Of a stretch of 50,446 nucleotides of DNA, positions 8,256-16,850 are shown in pieces. The notes beneath the pieces are model-generated. The model worked only from the letters and a program-made list of their open reading frames with translations, did no database searches and was not told the origin of the DNA. How positions within the stretch are numbered: position 1 is the first letter of the stretch; the number at the start of each line of letters is the position of its first letter. The position numbers and the translations under genes were made by a program. Origin of the DNA: Candidatus Sericytochromatia bacterium (GTDB taxonomy: Bacteria; Cyanobacteriota; Sericytochromatia; S15B-MN24; JAQBPE01); the NCBI GenBank assembly GCA_040400605.1, contig JBBAPZ010000013.1:50289-100734 (forward strand), written 5' to 3'.

Positions 8256-10328
8256 GTGTCTGTGGGAACTTTTGCACTCGTCTTGCACTCGCATTTGCCG
8301 TATTACCGCAAGGCGGGGATGTGGCCGTTTGGTGAGGAGAATCTCTACGAGGCGATCGCAGAGACTTACCTGCCGTTACTCAATGCGATTGACGAACTGC
8401 GCGAGGAAGGCATCGCGGCCAAGTTGACCGTCGGCATCACGCCCGTGCTGGCTGAGCAGTTGGCTGACGAGCACTTGAAGCAGGGCTATGAGGCGTATGT
8501 TGAGGCCATTTTGGCGCGTGTGGATGCGGATCGGCATCGCTACAGCGAGGCGGGTGAGCGCGAGCGCTGGCAGTGGGAGGCCGCTGAGCGTCGCACGCAA
8601 CGTCTGAAGGAACTCGAAGCCGCGTATGACGCGCTTCAAGCCGCTGCCGCGGAGGCTGTCGATGCGGAAGCTGCACCGGCTGAAGCGGCAACTGATGGGG
8701 CGGAAGCGATTCTTGGCGAGGACGCCGTGCGGGAAGCGGCGCAAACATCGACCCAGGTGGTTGCTGCGTCGCTTGGGGCGACCAGGGCCATCGCAGCCCA
8801 GGACGTGACGGATGTCGAGGCGCTGGCAGGGGCGACGGATGCGGATGCGCTCGGGTCTGAGGCGCCTGTGTCACAGCGACCGACGCTTGCGGATGTGCCG
8901 GAAGAGGAGCAGCCCAGTGAGTGGCCGCATGACCCCCGGCGTGAGCTGTCGCAGTTTTATTATGATTGGTATGCGGCGCGTTTGGCGGATTTTCGGGTGC
9001 GTTACGGGCGGGATATTTTGGGTGCGTTTCGGCGGTTGCAAGATGCCGGTTGTCTTGAGATCATCACCTGTGCGGCCACGCACGGGTTCTCGCCGTTGTT
9101 GTCGCGCGATTCGTCGCTGAATGCGCAGTTCAAAGTGGGCGCGGATACGTATGAGCGGCATTTTGGTCGCCGGGCGCGTGGGGTGTGGTTGCCTGAGTGC
9201 GCCTACCGTCCGGGGGTCAATCAGGACACCTTGGAGGGTTACATTGCCCGGCCGGCGGTTGATCAGTTTCTTTATGAGAACCAGTTGCAGTATTTCTTCA
9301 CGGACGCCCATGCGGTCGTGGGGGGCAAGACCTCCGGTATGCGGCGTCACATCGGGGTGTATGGCAAGATCGAGTACATCCCGATGCCCGAAAAACCGTT
9401 GTCGGGTCTGACCACCTATCACGGGTACTGGTTGCCGGAGAATCCGGTGGCTGTGTATGCGCGCAACGAGCGTGCCGGGTATCAGGTGTGGTCGGCGGAT
9501 CAAGGGTACCCCGGTGATTTCTGGTATCGCGAGTTTCACAAAAAAGACGGCAACAGCGGCATGCCCTATTGGCGCATCACAGGCGATCGCTGCGACTTGG
9601 TCGACAAGGACTTTTATAACCCGGCGATGGCTGCGCAGCGGGTGGAAGAAAACAGTGACCACTACGTGCGCCTGATTGCGGAGCTTTTGAGCGAGTATGA
9701 AAAGGCACAGGGTGAGCCCGGTTTGGTGGTGGTGCCGTTTGATACCGAGTTGTTCGGGCATTGGTGGTTCGAAGGGGTGAGTTGGATCAAGCAGGTGATC
9801 AAGAAGATGGCCCAACAAGGACTGGTGGACCGTTTGACCGTTGGTGAAATCCACGAGCAAATGCCACCTGCGCACGCGTATGCGCTGCCTGAGAGCACCT
9901 GGGGCGCTGGCGGACATTACCACGTGTGGCTCAATCCGGACGTGGAGTTTATGTGGCCGATCATCCACCGGTGTGAAGCCCGGATGGAAGCCTTGGTTGA
10001 GCATCGGCCGACCCCAGCTTCCCCACTTGAACGGCGGGCCTTGCAACAGGCCGCGCGGGAGCTGCTGTTGCTTGAGGGCAGCGATTGGCCATTTTTGGTG
10101 ACGACCGGCCAGGCGAAGGTGTATGCGATCGACCGCTTCAACGAACACGTCGCACGCTTTGATGAATTGGCGGACGCCATCTTGTCTGACAGCGTGAGCG
10201 AGGAATTGGTGGCAGGCATCGAGGCGATCGACAACCTGTTCCCGGATATCGATCCTTATGTCTTCAAAGCCCGCCAAGGACGCTTCATTGCAAGCACCCA
10301 CCCAGCCGAAAGCACCAACCCTGCCTGA
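8256..10328 (+). CDS. GH57 1,4-alpha-glucan branching enzyme (DUF1957 type) with ~130-aa insertion
   Basis: LVLHSHLPY, ETYLPLL, WLPECAY (nucleophile Glu), PFDTELFGHWWFEG (acid/base Asp), WYREFHK and GSDWPF motifs. Confidence 0.92.
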   Translation: MSVGTFALVLHSHLPYYRKAGMWPFGEENLYEAIAETYLPLLNAIDELREEGIAAKLTVGITPVLAEQLADEHLKQGYEAYVEAILARVDADRHRYSEAGERERWQWEAAERRTQRLKELEAAYDALQAAAAEAVDAEAAPAEAATDGAEAILGEDAVREAAQTSTQVVAASLGATRAIAAQDVTDVEALAGATDADALGSEAPVSQRPTLADVPEEEQPSEWPHDPRRELSQFYYDWYAARLADFRVRYGRDILGAFRRLQDAGCLEIITCAATHGFSPLLSRDSSLNAQFKVGADTYERHFGRRARGVWLPECAYRPGVNQDTLEGYIARPAVDQFLYENQLQYFFTDAHAVVGGKTSGMRRHIGVYGKIEYIPMPEKPLSGLTTYHGYWLPENPVAVYARNERAGYQVWSADQGYPGDFWYREFHKKDGNSGMPYWRITGDRCDLVDKDFYNPAMAAQRVEENSDHYVRLIAELLSEYEKAQGEPGLVVVPFDTELFGHWWFEGVSWIKQVIKKMAQQGLVDRLTVGEIHEQMPPAHAYALPESTWGAGGHYHVWLNPDVEFMWPIIHRCEARMEALVEHRPTPASPLERRALQQAARELLLLEGSDWPFLVTTGQAKVYAIDRFNEHVARFDELADAILSDSVSEELVAGIEAIDNLFPDIDPYVFKARQGRFIASTHPAESTNPA

Positions 10329-10433
10329 CACCTTGCTGTTTGTCGCTGAAACGCCTTCACGCAGCGTGTCGGTGCTTAAATGAATGAATCCGTTGTGAGC
10401 CTTGCCACTCGGCAGCGGTTAGGTTGTTCAGTG

Positions 10434-10540
10434 ACGCATCGGCTGTTGTTCAAGCCTTGTGTAGCAAACTCAAAACATCAGGCACTGACTCGCTATTTTT
10501 GAACAGCAGCCAAAATTTAATCACCAGTCAACGCGTTTCT
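10434..10540 (+). repeat. Dispersed repeat, copy A (segments X then Y)
   Basis: X (10434-10475) matches the reverse complement of 42374-42415 at 36/42 nt. Y (10474-10511) matches the reverse complement of 42470-42507 at 33/38 nt, with weaker similarity continuing to ~10540. Confidence 0.85.
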
Positions 10541-10697
10541 CGATCGCCTTGCGTCTCGGTCCGGTACTTGTTGTCTGAGCAGTGAACGTGATGCTCACTT
10601 TTGCGACTGCCTGGGTGGGTGCCCCGGCTTGATGGGGGATGCGCTCAATTGGTATAGTGTGGGCGTCTTTGACCTCGCACCGAGGTGGAATTATTAA

Positions 10698-12860
10698 ATG
10701 CTTCTGGCTGACCACGATCGCATACAACTGGCACTGGGTTTTCATCATCACCAGCCCATCGGTAATTGGGACTGGGTGATTGAAGATGGCTACCAACACA
10801 CGTGCCTGCCGTTTTTGGATGTTCTGGAGCGTCATCCGACGGTGCGGATCACCATGCACTTCGACGGGCACCTGCTCGAATGGTTGCAGCGCTGTCACCC
10901 GGAGTTTATTGAGCGCCTGCGACACCTGGTGCTGCGGCAGCAAGTGGAACTGCTCGGCGGCGGTTTTTATGAACCGATTTTATCAATCATTCCGGATGGC
11001 GATAAGGTCGGCCAGATCCAACGCCTCTCCGATGCGATCGCACACCATTTTGGTGAGCGCCCGACGGGCATGTGGCTGCCCGGGCGCGTGTGGGAACCGC
11101 ATTTGCCCCGCCCCATCGCACAGGCCGGCTTGCGCTACACGGTGTTGGATGATGTGCACTTTGCGGCGGTCGGATTGAGTCAGGGCGATCGCTTTGGCTA
11201 CTTCCAAACCGAAGAACAGGGTTATGCGTTGAGCGTGTTCCCCATTTCATCCGAATTGCGGGCTCAGATGCCCTTTGGCAGCCCGGAACGCGTCATTGAG
11301 ATTTTGCGTTCCCATGCCACGCCCGATGGCAGCCGGTTGATTGTCGCGTTTGATGACGGCGAGAAGTTCGGCGGTTGGCCTGACACGTATCAGACGGTGT
11401 ATGTCGATGGTTGGCTGGAGCGTTTTTTCAGCCTGCTTGAGCAAAACCAGGATTGGATTGTGACAACCACACCCGCACGCTATCAAGCGGCGCACAAGCC
11501 TTGGGGGCGGGTCTACCTGCCTTCTGGCGCTTGCCAGGAGATTCAGGAATGGGCGCTACCCGGGGACTTGACGCAAGTGTTTCAGGGGGCCTTGGCCGAG
11601 CTGCCCCAGCCACTGCGGGAGCTGATGCGTGGTGGTGATTGGCGGCATTTTTTGGTGAAGTACCCCGAGGCCAATCATCTGCATAAAAAAATGTTGCGGG
11701 TTTCGCGACAACTGGAAGACCTCAGGCCGGACACGGTACCGCCGGGTGCCGAGTGGTTGGCTGCGCAAGATGCGCTTTGGCGCGGACAAAGCAATGATCC
11801 CTACTGGCACGGGGTGTTTGGGGGAATTTACCTCAATCATTTACGCAGTGCGAATTATCAGGCGTTGTTGCAGGCCGAGGCGATCGCTGACGGATTGCGC
11901 CACGGCGATACCCCTTTTTGTGAGCTTGAGCAGGTTGATTTTGACCAGGATGGCGCCACAGAGGCCCTGGTTTCCACGCGTGCGCAAAACGTGTATGTCA
12001 AAGCGACTTGTGGCGGTGCCATTTTGGAGCAGGACCTCAAGGCGGTGGGCGTCAATTTGCTTGATACGCTCGCGCGCCGACCGGAACCTTATCACCAGCA
12101 GATTGCAACGGCGACACCAATCCGTGCTGCTCAACCCACGGCGCTGGGCGCGCGGCCTGTCGTGAAAGAAACCGGACTTGAGCGCTTCTTGAACTATGAT
12201 TGGTATCGGCGCCTGTCCTTGATTGACCATTTCTTTCATCCCGATACGCGTTTGGAAACCCTACAGAACATGACCTATGGCGAACAAGGCGACTTTGTTA
12301 ACCAGTCTTACAGTGTCGAACACGAGGCCCTGGCGGATGGTGTCGTTCTGAATTTGACGCGGGATGGGCATGTGTGGGTGGGGTCGGATTTCTGGCCGAT
12401 TCGCATTGCGAAACGCCTGTTTGTGCCGCGTGACGGCGCTGGCTATACGGTTGACTATACCTTGACTCAGGGTTGGGAGCGCCCGGTATCGCTTTGGTTT
12501 GGTGTTGAGTTTAATGTGAACATGCGTGCCGGGACGGGGCCTGAACGATATTATTACAGTCGAAACGGTCGCTTCGTCGAGCCGTCGGATCCAGGCGGCA
12601 GCGGGAAGGAACAGCACGTGTCCGAGCTTGGTTTGCGGGATGACCAGCACGGAATTGATCTGCACTGGCGCTGGGATCAGCCAGGCGACCTCTACCGCTT
12701 TCCGGTTGAGACCGTGTCGCGCTCCGAGTCGGGTTTTGAGCGGGTTTACCAAAGTTCGGTCATCCTGCCCAACTGGCGCCTGCAACTTTTACCGGACACC
12801 CGGTGGCGCTGTCGAATCGTGAACGACGTCAGCATCGGGGGTAGCCATGTCAGTCTTTAA
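10698..12860 (+). CDS. GH57 4-alpha-glucanotransferase/alpha-amylase-like protein (catalytic Glu replaced by Gly)
   Basis: HHHQPIGN, GGGFYEPIL, GMWLPGRVWEP, DDGEKFGGWP, QSNDPYWHGVFGGIY, and C-terminal PVETVSRSESGFERVYQ (DUF1926-type). Confidence 0.9.
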   Translation: MLLADHDRIQLALGFHHHQPIGNWDWVIEDGYQHTCLPFLDVLERHPTVRITMHFDGHLLEWLQRCHPEFIERLRHLVLRQQVELLGGGFYEPILSIIPDGDKVGQIQRLSDAIAHHFGERPTGMWLPGRVWEPHLPRPIAQAGLRYTVLDDVHFAAVGLSQGDRFGYFQTEEQGYALSVFPISSELRAQMPFGSPERVIEILRSHATPDGSRLIVAFDDGEKFGGWPDTYQTVYVDGWLERFFSLLEQNQDWIVTTTPARYQAAHKPWGRVYLPSGACQEIQEWALPGDLTQVFQGALAELPQPLRELMRGGDWRHFLVKYPEANHLHKKMLRVSRQLEDLRPDTVPPGAEWLAAQDALWRGQSNDPYWHGVFGGIYLNHLRSANYQALLQAEAIADGLRHGDTPFCELEQVDFDQDGATEALVSTRAQNVYVKATCGGAILEQDLKAVGVNLLDTLARRPEPYHQQIATATPIRAAQPTALGARPVVKETGLERFLNYDWYRRLSLIDHFFHPDTRLETLQNMTYGEQGDFVNQSYSVEHEALADGVVLNLTRDGHVWVGSDFWPIRIAKRLFVPRDGAGYTVDYTLTQGWERPVSLWFGVEFNVNMRAGTGPERYYYSRNGRFVEPSDPGGSGKEQHVSELGLRDDQHGIDLHWRWDQPGDLYRFPVETVSRSESGFERVYQSSVILPNWRLQLLPDTRWRCRIVNDVSIGGSHVSL

Positions 12861-13758
12861 ACGCGTAAGTCGATTACCTTCACGCACGCGGGTTTTATCA
12901 AGGGTTCTGGCGACTGTCGGATTGCTGTGCTTGAGCGCGTTGACCACGCTTGACGGTCGCCCCGCTTTGGGGGCCGAGCCTGACGCGGCTGTCTCAGTGA
13001 CGCCAGCCAAGGTGGGCTTGCGCGAACAGTTGCTGGCTGGCGTCAAGGCTTTCAATCGTGGGGATTTTCAGGCTTATTTGCGCGATTTGGCACCGACTGT
13101 CGGTTACAACAACCTGCGCGTCTCGCGTGAACGCCTTGACGAACTGAATCGTGATCTGAAACGTTCGTTTCCCAATTTGCGCATGCGCATGTCGCACTTG
13201 AGCCTGGAAGTGCTGGATGAGCGGGAAGTGGCGGCCAACGTGGTGGCTGAGTTCAAGGGTGGAGTCAAAAATTACGAGGGCTCCGGCTTGGGGGCCACCT
13301 ATCTGGAACGCGCTCAAACCACTGCCATTTATCGCAAGAACGGGACCCATTGGCAAACCGATGAATTGCAGGTGGATTGGAACGAAAGTTTTATAGAGGT
13401 TGGCGCACCGTTTGGCTTGATGGGCTTTGGTAATCTGCCGGTCGAGTTGGCGGTTGCTGAGCCTTATCGGGCGCGCTTCTGGGCCGACACCGTCTCGAAG
13501 CGCGGGGTCACCGTGTCTTATGCCTACGCCTTGGTGCCTTTATCAGCCGTGATGGAAGCCGCGGGTGCAGAGGCGGCGTTTGCTGGCCTCGAATTCAGAA
13601 CGATGCCTGAAACCGGGGTTGATTTGGCGCTCACGGGTCCGGGCGAGATCGGGTCTTTTGCCCATCTCCTGGTGGTGAACAAAACCTGGAATGCCGGCGG
13701 GCAGATCGTACCGCTCGGACAAAAAATTTACACGCGGCTTGTGCGCGTGAATGCTTGA
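12847..13758 (+). CDS. Exported hypothetical protein with probable NTF2/SnoaL-like domain
   Basis: Signal-peptide-like N-terminus; AFNRGDFQAYLRDLAP...LKRSFPNLRM pattern; overlaps the upstream gene by 14 nt. Confidence 0.6.
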   Translation: MSVFKRVSRLPSRTRVLSRVLATVGLLCLSALTTLDGRPALGAEPDAAVSVTPAKVGLREQLLAGVKAFNRGDFQAYLRDLAPTVGYNNLRVSRERLDELNRDLKRSFPNLRMRMSHLSLEVLDEREVAANVVAEFKGGVKNYEGSGLGATYLERAQTTAIYRKNGTHWQTDELQVDWNESFIEVGAPFGLMGFGNLPVELAVAEPYRARFWADTVSKRGVTVSYAYALVPLSAVMEAAGAEAAFAGLEFRTMPETGVDLALTGPGEIGSFAHLLVVNKTWNAGGQIVPLGQKIYTRLVRVNA

Positions 13759-13779
13759 GGCCGGGATGCGAGGCGGGCG

Positions 13780-14163
13780 ATGAATCAGCAAGCCGTGAAC
13801 CAGGCGTTTGACGCGCAGTGGGTGTCAACGGAGGATCCGCGGTTGCCGGTGCTGGTGCTTTCCGGTTATGTGAATGGGGCAGTGGGTGCGACGCTGGAAA
13901 CGCTGCTGCAAGAGGCACTCAGGGCCCATCGGCTTTATTGGGTGGTGGACCTTGGCCGTGTGCCGGTGGTTAATGCAGCGGGTTTTGCCGCCTTGGATGC
14001 GGTCAGGCGATCGCTTTTGGCGCAAGGCGGTGCGTTCGCCCTGATTCACATTCAACCCATCGTGCGCCGCGCGCTGTTGATTAACGGAGACACGCTCGGC
14101 CGCTGCTGCTTCGAACGCTACGCGGATGTCCAGTCCGCCTGGCAAGGCCACCTGCAGCGATGA
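13780..14163 (+). CDS. STAS domain protein (anti-sigma-factor antagonist-like)
   Basis: 127 aa with VLVLSGYVN, VVDLGRVPVVNAAGFAAL and QPIVRRALLING. Confidence 0.75.
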   Translation: MNQQAVNQAFDAQWVSTEDPRLPVLVLSGYVNGAVGATLETLLQEALRAHRLYWVVDLGRVPVVNAAGFAALDAVRRSLLAQGGAFALIHIQPIVRRALLINGDTLGRCCFERYADVQSAWQGHLQR

Positions 14164-14190
14164 ATCACCCCTTGTTCGAGAACAGCCGGC

Positions 14191-14898
14191 ATGCTGCTTG
14201 ACCTGGTTACCCTCATCGGTTATGCGTGCCTCATCACCGCCTGCCTTGGCATCATCTATTTCGTTTGGCCGGGCCGCCGCCTCACACCGGCGCAAGCGCC
14301 ACCAAGTCCCCCTTCGGAACCAACCAGCCTGGACTGGGCCCAACGCATTGATGCGCATTGCCAGCGATCGCCCCACTACAGCCGCCACGTGCAAACCATC
14401 GCCCTCGCCCTCGCCGATGCCTTGGGATTGCCCGCACAACAGCGTGACAATCTCGCGGAGGCCGCTTTGCTGCATGATCTCGGAAAACTGGAATTGCCAG
14501 CGGCCTGGTTTGACGGGCAAACCAAGCCCAATCCCGATATGACACGCCAACTGCAGTGGCACCCGGTGCGCGGCGCAACCCGCGCAAGCAAACTGGGACA
14601 CGGTGTGGGCGTTGTACAAGCCATCCGCTGGCACAAGGAACAATGGGACGGCATGGGCTTCCCGGACGGCCTGGGCGGCGAGTCGATCCCAACCACCGCA
14701 CGCATCCTCGCCCTCGCAGAAACAACTTGCGCCTTGTTCGAATCAAAACACCAGCCAACCATCAATCCCGTTGAACACATCGACCCCATTTTGCGCCAAC
14801 AAGCCGGCCTCGCCTTTGACCCCACCATGACCCGCATTCTGACCGATATTGTGTTGCCCCGCCTCGCCTTGGCCAAAGACTCGACGCCCACCGCGTGA
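14191..14898 (+). CDS. Membrane-anchored, degenerate HD-GYP domain protein
   Basis: N-terminal TM, then ALLHDLGK and WHKEQWDGMGFPDGLGGESIP...ARILALAE. Confidence 0.8.
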   Translation: MLLDLVTLIGYACLITACLGIIYFVWPGRRLTPAQAPPSPPSEPTSLDWAQRIDAHCQRSPHYSRHVQTIALALADALGLPAQQRDNLAEAALLHDLGKLELPAAWFDGQTKPNPDMTRQLQWHPVRGATRASKLGHGVGVVQAIRWHKEQWDGMGFPDGLGGESIPTTARILALAETTCALFESKHQPTINPVEHIDPILRQQAGLAFDPTMTRILTDIVLPRLALAKDSTPTA

Positions 14899-14946
14899 AA
14901 ATCGTGTGCCTGATACCGCAACGCCGCTTGGAAAGGTCCGTACTTG

Positions 14947-15948
14947 ATGACGCCAGATGCGCCTTACCGTCCGCCACTCACACTGTCTCCGGCACTGTTG
15001 GCGAGTGTCGCTGCAATCGCGGAGTTGTTGGGGCGTTGGAGTGCCCGCGAGGAACGTGTTGCATCGCCCTTGCTGCGGCGTTACAACCGGATCCAGACCA
15101 TCCATGCCTCCTTGGCAATTGAACAGAACAGTCTCAGCCTCGACCAGGTGAGCGCGATTCTTGACGGCAAGCCCGTGTTCGGTCCTGTGCGCGATATTCA
15201 GGAGGTGCGCAATGCAATTGCGGCTTACGAGACACTCACCCGATGGGAGCCTTTTAACGAGACGCACCTGCTTGAGGCGCATGGCGTGATGATGGCGGGT
15301 CTGATCGATCCCCCGGGCCGCTATCGCAACGGTGGCGTGGGAATCTATCGCGGTGAACAACTCGTTCACATGGCACCGCCGGCCGGCCGGGTGCCGGTGC
15401 TTGTTGCTGATTTACTCACGTGGCTGGCCCGCACCGATTGGCATCCGTTGATCACCAGTTGCGTCGTTCATTACGAACTGGAATTCATTCACCCCTTCAC
15501 CGATGGGAATGGTCGCCTGGGCCGTCTCTGGCAGACCTTGATCCTCAGTCGCTGGAATTCATTGCTCGCGTGGTTGCCCATCGAAGAGGTAATACGCGCC
15601 CGTCAACCGGGCTACTATGACACGCTTGGACAGTCGGATCAACAAGGCGAACTCGAACCCTTTGTGACCTTCATGCTCACAGCCATCCACGATGCCCTGC
15701 AAACCGCCATCCGTCATCAAGCCAGTGCCACAACGTTGAGTTCGGAGATGGGTTCGGTGATCGGTTCGGAGATGGGTTCGGCAATCATACAGCTACTGGC
15801 GGCAGCGCCGACTTTGTCAGCGCGTCGCTTGGGCGATCGCCTCGGCATCAGCCAACGGGCCGTGGAGAAACATCTGGCAGCCCTCCAGCGCGCAGGCCGC
15901 TTGATTCGCCGTGGTTCACCACGCACCGGCTATTGGGAAGTCCAATGA
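14947..15948 (+). CDS. Fic family protein with C-terminal wHTH
   Basis: Canonical HPFTDGNGRLGR motif, N-terminal ASLAIEQN inhibitory-helix-like motif, and C-terminal HTH (ISQRAVEKHLAAL...GYWEV). Confidence 0.93.
   Translation: MTPDAPYRPPLTLSPALLASVAAIAELLGRWSAREERVASPLLRRYNRIQTIHASLAIEQNSLSLDQVSAILDGKPVFGPVRDIQEVRNAIAAYETLTRWEPFNETHLLEAHGVMMAGLIDPPGRYRNGGVGIYRGEQLVHMAPPAGRVPVLVADLLTWLARTDWHPLITSCVVHYELEFIHPFTDGNGRLGRLWQTLILSRWNSLLAWLPIEEVIRARQPGYYDTLGQSDQQGELEPFVTFMLTAIHDALQTAIRHQASATTLSSEMGSVIGSEMGSAIIQLLAAAPTLSARRLGDRLGISQRAVEKHLAALQRAGRLIRRGSPRTGYWEVQ
15740..15781 (+). repeat. 12-bp in-frame tandem repeat (3.5 copies) in the Fic-HTH linker
   Basis: GTTCGGAGATGG GTTCGGTGATCG GTTCGGAGATGG GTTCGG, encoding SEMG-SVIG-SEMG-S. 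Confidence 0.85.
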
Positions 15949-16118
15949 GTGTCCATCCCGACGCGACCTACAACCCGCCATCTCGGTCCGATCGTCGTCA
16001 ATCAGATCCCTGCACACCCCAATCACGCCGGCTGCTCCATGCTTATATCCTAAAATTTAACTGGTTTTAGCGAAACATTAAACAATGCTTTACCGATTAA
16101 CGCGGATTTGACTGGGAT

Positions 16119-16850
16119 GTGGCGGGTGTGGGGTTTGGCAGTTCGTTGGGGGGGCAACCGGTGTACGCGAATCAGATGAATGCGGCGCAACGGCCAACGA
16201 TGGTGCCTGGCGGGGTGCAACAGCCCGCGATGGGTGGGATCGGGGTACCGGGAGCGCCGGGTCCTGTGCCGCTGGGGGGCGTCCCGAATCAGGGGGGTGC
16301 GATGGGCGCTGTGGGGGTGCCGGGGCCTGTGATGATGGGGTTGGATCGGTATGTGGCGGCTGATTTTGTTGAAACGGGCCGGACGGTTGCGCACCTGTGG
16401 AACGCTGCGAAATCCGGTATTGATGGCGGTGCCGCGGTTAAGGATGCGTTTGGCACGTTGTTTCGGGGTGTGTCACGTTTAAGTCCGCGGGGGGTTGTTG
16501 CAGGCGTCAAGGGTGTTGTTGGGGCGACGTGGCCGGTGATGAAGCGGTCGGCGTTGTTTGAGGGGGTTATCTCGTTGGTGGCGAATGGTTATCGTTTGGT
16601 GACCGGGCGTTTGGGGATTCGCGAGTTTGGTGCGAATGTGGCCTCGGATTTGGTGGGTGGTTTTTTTGGTGGTTTTGGGGCTGCGATGGCTGGTGCGATC
16701 GCCTCGGCGGTGGTGCCGGGCGGGGGCTTGTTTGCCACATTCGTCGTTGGTTTGGCCGGTATCTGGGGCTACAGCACAACAGCCGGGGCGTGGCGCGGCT
16801 TGGGTTTGCGTGACCGCTTGCGCTCACTGTTCGGTGTCGCGCCGTCCTAA
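16119..16850 (+). CDS. Gly-rich hypothetical protein with glycine-zipper-like hydrophobic C-terminus
   Basis: 243-aa ORF downstream of an AT-rich promoter-like region. Gly/Pro-rich N-terminus and GGFFGGFGAAMAGAIASAVVPGGG helix. Confidence 0.7.
   Translation: MAGVGFGSSLGGQPVYANQMNAAQRPTMVPGGVQQPAMGGIGVPGAPGPVPLGGVPNQGGAMGAVGVPGPVMMGLDRYVAADFVETGRTVAHLWNAAKSGIDGGAAVKDAFGTLFRGVSRLSPRGVVAGVKGVVGATWPVMKRSALFEGVISLVANGYRLVTGRLGIREFGANVASDLVGGFFGGFGAAMAGAIASAVVPGGGLFATFVVGLAGIWGYSTTAGAWRGLGLRDRLRSLFGVAPS

Noticed and set aside
8871..10331. 486-aa ORF on the minus strand (also 321-1064 +, 35162-36643 -, 48556-50193 -)
   Set aside because: These are antisense shadows of well-supported genes in GC-rich DNA, with no recognisable motifs.
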